From assembly GCA_035623825.1 (NCBI GenBank), contig DASPSR010000062.1, positions 1 to 64,000 of the forward strand: a DNA stretch of 64,000 nucleotides, read 5' to 3'. The notes below the pieces were generated by a model, which searched no databases, was not told the origin of the DNA, and saw nothing but the letters and a program-made list of their open reading frames with translations. Origin of the DNA: Nitrospirota bacterium. Its GTDB lineage: Bacteria; Nitrospirota; UBA9217. The position numbers and the translations under genes were made by a program. Positions 40,908 through 51,054 of the stretch are shown one piece after another (the stretch's first letter is position 1; every line of letters begins with the position of its first letter).

Positions 40908-42071
40908 ATGTATGAACAAATGACAAACCTTCTCATTCAAATTTTCTCCCAGGCGCTGCACCTGGTCGCGAACAGGCTGGTCCCGCTTGTCGAGGCCGGC
41001 GCACCGGTAGAGGCGAGCGGAAATGTCCCCACGTCCACCGTGTATACGACGCTTATTGTGCTGGGCGCGCTGGGCATCGTTTTTGGCGTGGCTCTTGCCC
41101 TCGTCGCCGCGCGTTTCGTCGTAAAAATGGACCCGAAGGTTGAGCAGGTGCGCGAGGCGCTCCCCGGCGCAAACTGCGGTGCCTGCGGCTTCGCGGGCTG
41201 CATGGGATATGCCGAGGCAGTCGTTGGGAACCCGGACGTAGCGGTCAGTCTGTGCGCACCGGGCAAATCTGCCGTTGCGGAAAAGATTGCCGTGATCACC
41301 GGTAAGAGAGCGGAAAAAATGGAGCCGAAGATCGCCCGGGTTTTCTGCCAGGGCGGGACAAGTCTCAGCCAGAAGAAGTTCATTTACACGGGAGTCCAGG
41401 ACTGTACGGCTGCGGTACTCGCTGCCGGCGGCGACAAGTCCTGCGAGTACGGTTGTCTGGGGTATGCTACCTGCATGAGGGCTTGTCCTTTTGATGCGAT
41501 TACGATGAGCGCGGACAATCTGCCGATCATCAGTCCCGAGAAGTGCACGGCATGCGGAAAGTGCGTGGCCGCCTGTCCCAAGCAGGTCATCGAGCTTGCA
41601 CAGTCTTCCAAGGCCGTGGTGATCAGCTGCCACAGCAGGGACAAGGGTGTGGATACCAAAAAGAAGTGCCAGGTAGGCTGCATCGCCTGCGGCATATGCG
41701 TCAGGACCTGCCCGGTGGATGCCATAAGGATCGATAACAATCTCGCGAGGATCGACCACGCCAAGTGCATCGTCTGCGGGCTGTGTGTAAGGAAGTGCCC
41801 GACGAGCGCAATCTTCGATTACATACCCGAACGGACCAGGGCATACATCGATCCGGCGAAATGCGACGGCCTGGATGTGTGCGCGAAGGTCTGCCCCGTC
41901 AATGCGATCTCGGGCGACCTCCGAAAAGTGCATGTCGTCAACCAGCAGAAGTGCATCGGGTGCGGGATGTGCGCGCCCCGGTGCCCCAAGAAGGCCATTA
42001 CGATGGTGGAAGCTCCACCTGCGTTTGCGGCCGAGGAGAAGACAAAGGCTGAGGAGCCCGTCGCCGTCTAA
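40908..42071 (+). CDS. rnfB: Rnf complex subunit B (polyferredoxin)
   Basis: LPGANCGACGFAGC plus multiple CxxCxxCxxxCP; start uncertain. Confidence 0.93.
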   Translation: MYEQMTNLLIQIFSQALHLVANRLVPLVEAGAPVEASGNVPTSTVYTTLIVLGALGIVFGVALALVAARFVVKMDPKVEQVREALPGANCGACGFAGCMGYAEAVVGNPDVAVSLCAPGKSAVAEKIAVITGKRAEKMEPKIARVFCQGGTSLSQKKFIYTGVQDCTAAVLAAGGDKSCEYGCLGYATCMRACPFDAITMSADNLPIISPEKCTACGKCVAACPKQVIELAQSSKAVVISCHSRDKGVDTKKKCQVGCIACGICVRTCPVDAIRIDNNLARIDHAKCIVCGLCVRKCPTSAIFDYIPERTRAYIDPAKCDGLDVCAKVCPVNAISGDLRKVHVVNQQKCIGCGMCAPRCPKKAITMVEAPPAFAAEEKTKAEEPVAV

Positions 42072-42239
42072 CGCGACCACGAACAATCATTTTCTGAGAG
42101 AAGGGGATGCGAAAAAACGCTTCCCCTTTTTACTTTCCGAATGCACGAAATGCGTGCTCCCATTTTTTGCTTGACAAAATTCCGTGCTTAGGCTAAAAAC
42201 AAATTCGTCCTTGCTCGGTCATAATTGCGGAGGTGGCTC

Positions 42240-42629
42240 ATGAACCCTGATGATATAAAATACCATCGAGAACATGCCTGGGTGCGGGTCGAGGGAAAGC
42301 GTGCGACAATCGGGATCACCGACTACGCGCAGCAGCAGATGGGCGATATCGTTTATGTCGACCTGCCCGAGGCTGATACAGAGATCGATGCCGACTCCGA
42401 GCTCTCCGAAATAGAGTCCACGAAGGCGACCTCGCCGGTCGTCAGCCCCGTTTCGGGTACGGTGGTGGAAGTGAACGAGGACCTGGCCGATTCTCCTGAG
42501 ATCATAAATGAAGACCCGTACGGAAATGGATGGCTTGTGGTGCTCGAAATGAACGATTCCTCCGAATTAAACGACCTTATGAGCAAGGCAGAATACGAAA
42601 AGTTTTTGAAAGAAGAAGAGGGGAAATAG
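42240..42629 (+). CDS. gcvH: Glycine cleavage H / lipoyl carrier protein
   Basis: HAW, GITDYAQ, IESTKA lipoyl Lys, INEDPYGNGW. Confidence 0.93.
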   Translation: MNPDDIKYHREHAWVRVEGKRATIGITDYAQQQMGDIVYVDLPEADTEIDADSELSEIESTKATSPVVSPVSGTVVEVNEDLADSPEIINEDPYGNGWLVVLEMNDSSELNDLMSKAEYEKFLKEEEGK

Positions 42630-42729
42630 GGAACGGTCCCGGAAACGATGGGATCAGCAGCATGAGAACTTGTTAAAGGGGGAGAGTATATACTCTCCCT
42701 TTTTTTTCACAAGAAACGAGGAGTTCGAT

Positions 42730-44142
42730 ATGTCTGTCAAACTGACGATCATAGGTGCTGGTCCCGGCGGTTATGTGGCGGCGATCAGTGCAGCACAGAA
42801 GGGCGCACAAGTGACGGTGATCGAGGATGCGGAGGTCGGAGGCGTCTGCCTGAACTGGGGCTGTATACCCACAAAGACGCTTATCGCTTCAGCTTCAGCT
42901 CTTGAGCTCGTACGAAATGCCGCTGAATTCGGCGTTCTGCTGTCCGGTGAGGTCGGTTACAGCCTGGCAAAGATACGAGAACGAAAGGACAAGGTCGTTG
43001 GAACCCAGGTAAGAGGGGTCAAGGGGCTGTTCAAGAGCTGGGGAGTTGCCCTGATAGAGGGCCGGGGTTCATTACTGTCACCTGACGTGGTACGGGTCGT
43101 CCAAAAGGACGGCACCACCATGGACGTTAAATCGGACAAAATCATCATTGCCACGGGATCAAGGCCCGCGGCGATGCCGGGCTTGCCATTTGACGGGGAA
43201 AGCGTCATCACGAGTGACGACGCTGTTCGACTCGCCAGTATTCCCGGGAGCCTCCTTATCGTCGGCGCGGGCGTGATCGGCTCGGAATTCGCCTTCATCT
43301 ACCGGTCATTCGGGGCGGATGTCACGATGGTCGAGATGCTGCCGCATGCCGTGTCCACGGAGGACGAAGAGATATCCGAGATACTCGAGAGGGAATTGAA
43401 AAAGGCGAGGATCAAGCTCATCACAAGCGTCAAAGTCGAGAATGTGGAAAAAGGCGGCGATGGGATGATGGTTGCGAAGCTCTCGAACGGCCAGGAAGTC
43501 AAAACGGAGCGGATCCTCGTGTGCATCGGCCGCAGCATGAATTCCGAGGATATCGGGCTGGAAGCTGTCGGCGTGAACACGGGGAAGCGCGGGAATATCA
43601 TCGTGAACGAAAGGATGGAGACGAACGTTCCCGGCGTCTACGCTGTCGGCGATGTGACCGGGAACATCCTGCTCGCCCATGTGGCATCACGCCAGGGGCT
43701 GGTCGCCGCGCAGAATTCGTTGGGCGGGAGCGTTCGCATGGATTATTCCACCGTCCCGTCAGGTATCTTCACGGTGCCTGAGATCGGGAGCGTCGGCCTC
43801 CGTGAAAAACAGGCGGTTGAGAAGGGCATCAAGTACCGGGTAGGCAGGTTCCAGTTCCGGGGCCTCGGCAAAGCACATACCACGGGGGAGCTCGCCGGCA
43901 TGGTAAAGGTGATCGCGGAGGAGGAGACCGACAAGGTGCTCGGCGTTCATATCTGCGGAGCTCATGCGACCGAACTCATCCATGAGGGTGTGCTGGCAAT
44001 GACGATGGGAGCTACGGCAAAAGACCTCGGGCAGATGATCCATGCCCATCCCACGCTGTCAGAAGCGATAATGGAGGCAGCGGAGGACGTTCATGGGATG
44101 TCTGTTCATCAGCCAAAAAAAAGCAAAGAACGATCATCTTGA
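42730..44142 (+). CDS. lpdA: Dihydrolipoyl dehydrogenase
   Basis: GAGPGGY, GGVCLNWGCIPTK, HAHPTLSE. Confidence 0.95.
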   Translation: MSVKLTIIGAGPGGYVAAISAAQKGAQVTVIEDAEVGGVCLNWGCIPTKTLIASASALELVRNAAEFGVLLSGEVGYSLAKIRERKDKVVGTQVRGVKGLFKSWGVALIEGRGSLLSPDVVRVVQKDGTTMDVKSDKIIIATGSRPAAMPGLPFDGESVITSDDAVRLASIPGSLLIVGAGVIGSEFAFIYRSFGADVTMVEMLPHAVSTEDEEISEILERELKKARIKLITSVKVENVEKGGDGMMVAKLSNGQEVKTERILVCIGRSMNSEDIGLEAVGVNTGKRGNIIVNERMETNVPGVYAVGDVTGNILLAHVASRQGLVAAQNSLGGSVRMDYSTVPSGIFTVPEIGSVGLREKQAVEKGIKYRVGRFQFRGLGKAHTTGELAGMVKVIAEEETDKVLGVHICGAHATELIHEGVLAMTMGATAKDLGQMIHAHPTLSEAIMEAAEDVHGMSVHQPKKSKERSS

Positions 44143-44303
44143 TCATGGAGACCAAGGGACGGCCGGGGAAAGAATCGCGCTGCTTCTCGATGAATCAGAT
44201 GATTAACGTTTCTTTACGGAGGGGAAACCATTTCTCCGAAGACCTCCCGCGTGACATTTTACTGTTGCAATTCTGATCCCTCTCTGGATATAATTACGCG
44301 CAC

Positions 44304-44804
44304 ATGAACAAAAGACTAGTTGCATATTGCCTGTTGTTTGCAATCGGCATTTCGATCTATTCCAACGAATGCGCGGCCGGTACTTCCGGAAAGCCGCTCC
44401 CCCCGCTACGGATCAGAATAGCGCCCGTCCAGCAGGACATCATTCAGGCTCAGATAAAGCCGGGAGACATCATTGATTTCAATGTATCAGCCACGTCCTC
44501 CATCGACGTTCGGCAGATGCGCATTGAAGTGGAGCTTACCGGAGGAGCAAAGCTCGTTTCAGGCGATACGTCATGGAGCGGGCCAGCCGGAAAGAACGAA
44601 GAGAAGACCATTGTCCTGACCGTCCGCGCTCCTAAGAGCGGGCTAGGAAGGATCAAAGCCCGGGCGATCATATCCCCTTCAGATGGCACACGATTCTCTG
44701 CTGCAGCGCACTATGGCCTGGGCAAGGAAGTCAAATCGAAACCGGAGCAGGAACATCCCGTGAAGAAAGACAGCAAGGGCCGGGATATCATAGAGTATCG
44801 ATAG
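44304..44804 (+). CDS. Secreted hypothetical beta-sandwich protein
   Basis: Signal peptide; 10 bp upstream of peptidase gene. Confidence 0.7.
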   Translation: MNKRLVAYCLLFAIGISIYSNECAAGTSGKPLPPLRIRIAPVQQDIIQAQIKPGDIIDFNVSATSSIDVRQMRIEVELTGGAKLVSGDTSWSGPAGKNEEKTIVLTVRAPKSGLGRIKARAIISPSDGTRFSAAAHYGLGKEVKSKPEQEHPVKKDSKGRDIIEYR

Positions 44805-44814
44805 CGTACGCCAA

Positions 44815-46755
44815 ATGACGCAAAAAAAGAACCTTCACACGTTCGTTCTCTTCAGTCTCCTCCTAACGGCATCGATTCTTTTCAGTTGCAGCGGCGGCAG
44901 CAGCGAGTCTCCGCCGCCGGTCATCCCCCTTGCGCCGATGGCTGTCAGCGCGGTTGCGGGTGATGCGGCCGTGACCTTAGGCTGGAGCGCCGCCGGTTCT
45001 GCCACCGCATACAATGTTTACAGGTCGGTTGCCCCGGGAGGCTCGAGGACGAAAATAGCATCAGGCGTATCTTCAACGTCGTATCGCGATACGGGCCTTA
45101 ACAACGGAACGCCGTACTACTATGTCGTGACAGCGGTGAGCGCAGCAGGAGAAAGCGCCCTTTCGATCGAGGTTTCAGCGACGCCGGACGCGGTGTCCAA
45201 CCCCATCACGATCAGCGGGAAGGTGCAATATCAGGACAAAGAATACGGCTTGAACGGGTTTACAGGCAATCAGCCCCTCAAGGGGGTGCGATATGCCAGC
45301 ATAGAGATCGTGGATGCGCTCGGCTCCACGGTAACCGCGACAACGCAGACAGACGCAAACGGTTTATACAGTATTTCGACGACTACGACGTCAACGAGCG
45401 TGTACGTCAGGGTCAAGGCGGAAGCGACCCTGTCCGGCAGCACTCCTCAGATAGCTGTCAAGAGCCTTTCCGGATCCATTTACGCTGTCGGAAGCGACGA
45501 TTTCATCCCTCTGGGCCCGGCGAATGTAAATATGTCCGTTCCGACGGCATCTATCGGCGGCGCATTTAATATACTGGATGTCTTTACGAATGGATTCCAG
45601 TTCGTGTATAGCCTGGCGAAATCCTATCCACCCCCCCTGTCCGGATTCTGGCAGCCGGGAAACACAAACGGAACTTATTATTGCCCGGCTTGCCCGCAAG
45701 GAGAGGGGATTTTCATATTGAACGACACGTCAACGGGAGACACGGATGAGTATGACGATGACGTGCTCTACCACGAGTTCGGCCACTTCATGGCGGCCCA
45801 TTTTTCTCAAGATGATTCTCCAGGGGGGTCGCACGACATCACGGATAACGACCTTGATATGCGACTTGCCTGGAGCGAGGGATGGGGCGATTCAATGCCG
45901 GGAAACATAAAGATGTGGCTCAACGCCAACGCACCACAGCTCTTGTCCTCTGCGGCGAACGTCCCTCTCACCGTATACGTTGATACCGTCGGAAACAACG
46001 CCGGAGTCGCGATCGACATGGATAGTCCCGATGGAACGTATGGGGGCTCTTATTATTATGCATGTGGTGAGGTGGCCATTGCGAAGATACTGCTGGATAT
46101 AAATAAAACTTTCGGGATGCAGGATGTATGGGCTGTCATTACGAATTTTCAAGCAAATCATCCCACGCCAGCAAACCTTGAATTGTTCTGGGACCAGTGG
46201 CACTCATTACTTGTTACATCTGCATTGTCAATAGACTCAATTTTCCTAGATAGGCTCGTGCAATATACGCTAGATAATTATGAGCCTGACAATACTTGGC
46301 AATCCGCAAGCGTGTATGCTTTCGGCCAACCGCAAGAGCACACTTTGTACACGTCGCCCGGCGCTAGTGACATTGATTATATCGCCTTTAATGGGCAGAA
46401 GGGTAATCAGTATACAATCACAACAACCAACCTGCTGAACGGCGCGGATACCGTTATCACTTTGCTGAATTCCGATGGAACAACGACGACGTCTGGAACT
46501 ACGCCCCCAAATCCAAATGACAACGCGAACGGAACTATCTATGCAGGCACGACCGTCCCAAGTTCAGTCTATCGCGGGACGCTGTGCGACGCCTACGGGA
46601 TATGTCACGACAACGGGTTTGACATCCTCGGTTCAAGGCTGACATTTACGGCCGCATCAACCGGCACTTACTACGTAAGAGTCCAGTCATCGTCCGCAAG
46701 GCCTGTATCGGCGGGCAGGTACGGAACCTACACTCTCACAATAACCACCCCGTAG
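44815..46755 (+). CDS. Lipoprotein with FN3 domain, HExxH zinc metallopeptidase and C-terminal PPC-like domain
   Basis: Lipobox LFSC; YYYVVTAV FN3; YHEFGHF...AWSEGWG; DNYEPDN, GTYYVRV. Confidence 0.8.
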   Translation: MTQKKNLHTFVLFSLLLTASILFSCSGGSSESPPPVIPLAPMAVSAVAGDAAVTLGWSAAGSATAYNVYRSVAPGGSRTKIASGVSSTSYRDTGLNNGTPYYYVVTAVSAAGESALSIEVSATPDAVSNPITISGKVQYQDKEYGLNGFTGNQPLKGVRYASIEIVDALGSTVTATTQTDANGLYSISTTTTSTSVYVRVKAEATLSGSTPQIAVKSLSGSIYAVGSDDFIPLGPANVNMSVPTASIGGAFNILDVFTNGFQFVYSLAKSYPPPLSGFWQPGNTNGTYYCPACPQGEGIFILNDTSTGDTDEYDDDVLYHEFGHFMAAHFSQDDSPGGSHDITDNDLDMRLAWSEGWGDSMPGNIKMWLNANAPQLLSSAANVPLTVYVDTVGNNAGVAIDMDSPDGTYGGSYYYACGEVAIAKILLDINKTFGMQDVWAVITNFQANHPTPANLELFWDQWHSLLVTSALSIDSIFLDRLVQYTLDNYEPDNTWQSASVYAFGQPQEHTLYTSPGASDIDYIAFNGQKGNQYTITTTNLLNGADTVITLLNSDGTTTTSGTTPPNPNDNANGTIYAGTTVPSSVYRGTLCDAYGICHDNGFDILGSRLTFTAASTGTYYVRVQSSSARPVSAGRYGTYTLTITTP

Positions 46756-46988
46756 TCATGAGTTTAAGTCAAGCCCATTACTCTTCCTGCTAAGCTCTTT
46801 CAGTCATCAGCATTTATGATAGTGATTTGCTATCAAGGAGGGCGCGATCTGTTAATGGAATGTTCATGGAGCCTGTAAGCTTACTGTCTCGGGGATGTGC
46901 CTACGCTGTCCTCTTGGCGGCATGCTCGGGGATCTGCGGAAAACATCTTTGTGACATGATATCAGGCGGATCCTGTGCTTCTCTCCTT

Positions 46989-47762
46989 TTATTTGCTCTT
47001 TGCCTCCTGCCACAGCTTTTCCATCTCATCGAGCGTCATTTCGCTCAAAGGCTTGCCCAGGTCGGCGGCATTCTCTTCGATGTACCTGAAGCGGCGGATG
47101 AACTTGCTGATGGTTTTCCGGAGGGCATCCTCGGGATTTATGCCGAGAAAGCGCGAGATGTTGACGAGCATGAAGAAGACGTCCCCAAGCTCTTCCTCGA
47201 TGCTTGAGGCGTCTTGCTTTTTGAGCGACTCCTTGAACTCCGCAATCTCTTCATCGAGCTTGGGCAGGGCCTCATCGATCCTGCTCCAGTCGAACCCCAC
47301 GCGCGCTGCCCGTTCCTGAAGGCTGTGGGCACGAAGGAGCGAGGGGAGGTGCCGGGGCACGCCCTCGAGGATGGATTTTCGCTGCTCGTATCCTTTTTCT
47401 CCCTTTTTGATCTCTTCCCAATTGGCGATTACTTCCTTGTCCGTCGAGACCCGTACGTCCCCGAACACGTGCGGATGGCGCCGGATCATCTTTTCCAGAT
47501 TGGCATCGATCACATCCCTGATCGTGAACTGCCCGTTTTCTTCCGCGATCCTGGCGTGAAATACGATCTGGAACAAGAGGTCCCCAAGCTCTTCCTTCAC
47601 CTTTTGCGGGTCGCCTTCGTCAAGGGCGTCAATCACCTCGTAGCATTCCTCTATCAGGAAGGGCTTGAGCGACTCCGGGGTCTGCTTGTGGTCCCAGGGG
47701 CATCCATCGGGCCCGCGCAACCGTGCCATGAGCTCAACGAGTTTTGTAAAATTGTCGGCCAC
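46989..47762 (-). CDS. mazG: Nucleoside triphosphate pyrophosphohydrolase MazG
   Basis: LRGPDGCPWD, EELGDLL, RRHPHVF, GFDW. Confidence 0.96.
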   Translation of the reverse strand: MADNFTKLVELMARLRGPDGCPWDHKQTPESLKPFLIEECYEVIDALDEGDPQKVKEELGDLLFQIVFHARIAEENGQFTIRDVIDANLEKMIRRHPHVFGDVRVSTDKEVIANWEEIKKGEKGYEQRKSILEGVPRHLPSLLRAHSLQERAARVGFDWSRIDEALPKLDEEIAEFKESLKKQDASSIEEELGDVFFMLVNISRFLGINPEDALRKTISKFIRRFRYIEENAADLGKPLSEMTLDEMEKLWQEAKSK

Positions 47763-47919
47763 CGCCGTCCTCCTACATTATTCCCCTCTGGTTACCTTAC
47801 AGAAAGAACACCCTGTTTGCAAGCTTTTTTCTTGAAAGGCATGTATTGTTGTGGTAATTTAATAATATAACTTATTGAACAATAAGCCCTTAACCCGTTG
47901 CTTCTGAAAGGAGTCCATC

Positions 47920-48339
47920 ATGCACAAGAGACTGGCATCCATCGCTTTCATGGCATCAGTATTTATATTCCTCAGTGCCATGGGAGGCAAAGGCGGGGGG
48001 TTCGAGAAAGCACCTCGGGTTGATAAAAATTTCATGGTTGTGGTGATGGATGTTACCGGCAACAAGATTGAAGGCGAAAAGTTCAGCTGGGAAGGGAGGA
48101 TCCACTTCGCAGGATACATGGGCATGGCACAGGTCAACTTGCCGTTCGAACGGGTGAAAGAGCTGACGGTTGGAGAAAAAAAGGACCGGAGGGTGAGGGT
48201 CACCGCGCACCTGAGGGACGGGGGCGAAGCTGTTTTTGATGTCGACTCCGATGCCCGCGTGTTCGGCGAGTCCAGTTTTGGAAGCTTCATGCTCACGATG
48301 GACGAGATAAAATCCATCAGTTTCAAAGGCGTCAAATAA
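47920..48339 (+). CDS. Hypothetical exported protein
   Basis: RBS aaggag; hydrophobic N-terminus. Confidence 0.7.
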   Translation: MHKRLASIAFMASVFIFLSAMGGKGGGFEKAPRVDKNFMVVVMDVTGNKIEGEKFSWEGRIHFAGYMGMAQVNLPFERVKELTVGEKKDRRVRVTAHLRDGGEAVFDVDSDARVFGESSFGSFMLTMDEIKSISFKGVK

Positions 48340-48418
48340 GTGAACCGCAAAGACAACGGGATGCAGCGACCGCGGGATATATGAGGGCCTCTTTTCTGCG
48401 TCTCTGTGTCTCCATGGT

Positions 48419-51043
48419 TTGCCATTACCCGTTGGTCTTCTTATCGTGAACATCTTGGATCATACACTGACCTCCAGACATTCCTGCACCATCAAAGCGC
48501 TGCTCGACGAAGAAGACGCTCGTATCCGGGAAAGACACTTTGCCGGCGCAGGCGGCAATGAGGTAGTGCAACTGCGTACGAGCCTCATCGACCGCACGCT
48601 TCGCGAGGCATATTCCCGCCTGGCGGCCGAGTCCCCCATGCCAGCGCTCCTCGCCATCGGGGGCTATGGAAGGGGTGAACTGAACCCGCATTCGGATATC
48701 GACATCATGTTCCTCTGCCGCGATGAGAAGGACAGAAAGCGTTCGCCCGAGCTGCTCTATCAGCTCTGGGACGCAGGCCTGGACATCGGTTACAGCGTGC
48801 GGAGTATCGATGAATGCGTATCGCTGGCGCGCCGGGATACCAAGATACGAACGTCCCTGATCGAATCCCGCCTCATCGCGGGGGACCACTCCCTCTACGC
48901 ATCGTTCCTCAGGTCCATGCACAGCGAGGTCTTTTACTGGAAGGCCGCCGCTTTTATCACTGAAAAAATAGCGGAAAGGAACGCGACGCGCCGGAAGTAC
49001 GGGGGCTCTGTTTATCTGCGGGAGCCGAACATAAAGGAGGGGGCAGGGGGGCTCAGGGATTTTCACACGTCACTGTGGATCTCCTTCGTGCACTTCCGCG
49101 TTGCTTCACTCGCCGATCTTGTTTCTGCCGGTGTTATTACTGAAGGGCAGTACGCGGTTTTTTTACGGTCCCGCAATTTCCTCTGGCGCGTGAGAAACGA
49201 GATCCATTACCTCTCCGGCCGCAAGAACGACCATCTTACCTTCGACCTGCAGGAACGGGTGGCAAAAGACTTCCGCTATCGCGATTCGGCGCATCTCCTC
49301 GCCGTTGAGCGGTTCATGAAGACGTATTTTCTTTTTGCGAGAAATGTCCTCGATTTTTCGAATATCGTGTCCGATGCCGTGCTTCGAAAGCCCGCGCGGC
49401 GGTGGTACACGCGGACCCTGAAGCTCGGTTCATTCTCTCTCATCGGCAGGACCCTCGTTCCCGCCGCGGAAGGGGTCTGCCGCGAAGATCCTGCACAGAT
49501 CATGGCGGCATTCGCGATCGCGCAATCGCGCCATGCCGCGTTCTCGGACAAGCTCAAAGCCCTGGTTCGAGGATGCAGGATGGGCGACGAAGTGAGAACG
49601 TCGCCGGCTGCGGCATCGGCGTTCATCTCCGTGTTGGACAATCCCGACAACCTTTTCGAGACCCTCACGCTCATGAAGGACCTGGGCACTCTCGGGAGGT
49701 ATTTGCCGGAGTTCCGCTCCATTCAAGCGCTTGCCAAGCACGATTACTATCATATGTACACCGTGGACGAGCACAGCCTGATCGCGATCCGCAACCTCCA
49801 GAGCCTGTGGGCTGGCCTCTTTCCCGGACTGGCCACGCTGTTCGATGCGTTCAAAGCACTGAAAAAGCGCTGGGTCCTGATCCTCGCCGTTCTGCTTCAC
49901 GATTTGGGAAAGGCGTACCGATCCGGGCATGAGTACAAAGGTGTAGGGCTTGCGGAGGCGATACTTGTACGGCTCGGTATAGCCGATGAAGACCGGGAAC
50001 GGGTGCTCTTCTTGATCAGGAATCATCTGCTCATGTCGAGCATTTCCCAGCGCCGCGAACTTACCGATCAGAAGGTGATTGCCGATTTTTCCCGGCGTGT
50101 ACGCGACCGGGAGACCCTTGCCATGCTATACCTGCTCACCTATGCCGATATATCGGCAGTGAATCCCACGGCGTGGACACAGTGGAAGGCGGCGCTTCTC
50201 CAAGATCTCTACATTCGGACGCTCAATTATCTTGACCGGAGCGTCCAGATCGTCGAAGAGGAGCATGCAAGGCTGATCGCAGCATCCGTCAAGATCAAAA
50301 AGAATGCCGCGGGCCGGTTCTCCGACATGGACATCGACACCTTCCTTGTCGCCATGCCCGAGCAGTACATTCTCCAGACCCCGGTCCACAAGGTGATCGA
50401 GCACATGAAGATGATGCATCGTCTTCCTGACGAGAAGCTTGTGATCCAATATCGTCATAATACGGAGAGAGGGTACACGGAACTCACGGTCTGCGCATAC
50501 GACGCCTACGGAATGTTCTACCGGACAGCCGGCACAATCGCTTCCAAAAACCTCAACATACTTCGTGCACAAGTCTATACCTCGAAAAGCGGCGTGATGA
50601 TCGACATGTTCCAGATAACCGATCCCGAGGGGAAGCTCTATCCCTATGACGACGCATGGGAAAGCGTACGGTCGGAACTTCGCACCGCGCTCACGAGCGC
50701 GTATAAACCGCCGGAGCCCCGCTCCTCGTACGTTTCCTCTCGTCCCTTGCCCGGGGCCATTACGCCGACCGTAGATTATGACAACGACACGTCGAATTCC
50801 TTCACTATTATCGATATCAGCGCGCGGGACCGGGTCGGTATTCTGTACCAGATAACCAAAACACTCTATGATCTCAATCTCGACATCGGTTCGGCAAAGA
50901 TCGTGACCGAGGGTGCAAGAGCCATGGATTCGTTCTATGTTACGGATTTGCTGCGCAAGAAGATCACTGACGGGGTTAGGCTCGAACGGATCAAAGATGC
51001 GCTGCTCAAGGTGCTGGAGACAAACGCGGACAGTCAGCATTAG
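48419..51043 (+). CDS. glnD: [Protein-PII] uridylyltransferase
   Basis: AIGGYGRGEL.PHSDID, NIKEGAGGLRD, YTVDEH, LLHDLGK, two ACT domains; start uncertain. Confidence 0.95.
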   Translation: MPLPVGLLIVNILDHTLTSRHSCTIKALLDEEDARIRERHFAGAGGNEVVQLRTSLIDRTLREAYSRLAAESPMPALLAIGGYGRGELNPHSDIDIMFLCRDEKDRKRSPELLYQLWDAGLDIGYSVRSIDECVSLARRDTKIRTSLIESRLIAGDHSLYASFLRSMHSEVFYWKAAAFITEKIAERNATRRKYGGSVYLREPNIKEGAGGLRDFHTSLWISFVHFRVASLADLVSAGVITEGQYAVFLRSRNFLWRVRNEIHYLSGRKNDHLTFDLQERVAKDFRYRDSAHLLAVERFMKTYFLFARNVLDFSNIVSDAVLRKPARRWYTRTLKLGSFSLIGRTLVPAAEGVCREDPAQIMAAFAIAQSRHAAFSDKLKALVRGCRMGDEVRTSPAAASAFISVLDNPDNLFETLTLMKDLGTLGRYLPEFRSIQALAKHDYYHMYTVDEHSLIAIRNLQSLWAGLFPGLATLFDAFKALKKRWVLILAVLLHDLGKAYRSGHEYKGVGLAEAILVRLGIADEDRERVLFLIRNHLLMSSISQRRELTDQKVIADFSRRVRDRETLAMLYLLTYADISAVNPTAWTQWKAALLQDLYIRTLNYLDRSVQIVEEEHARLIAASVKIKKNAAGRFSDMDIDTFLVAMPEQYILQTPVHKVIEHMKMMHRLPDEKLVIQYRHNTERGYTELTVCAYDAYGMFYRTAGTIASKNLNILRAQVYTSKSGVMIDMFQITDPEGKLYPYDDAWESVRSELRTALTSAYKPPEPRSSYVSSRPLPGAITPTVDYDNDTSNSFTIIDISARDRVGILYQITKTLYDLNLDIGSAKIVTEGARAMDSFYVTDLLRKKITDGVRLERIKDALLKVLETNADSQH

Positions 51044-51054
51044 GATCTTTTTTC

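Noticed and set aside
40857-42086. Long antisense ORFs over rnfB (also over rnfC, cobT, glnD, polA, pcm)
   Set aside because: Antisense shadows of well-supported genes in GC-rich DNA
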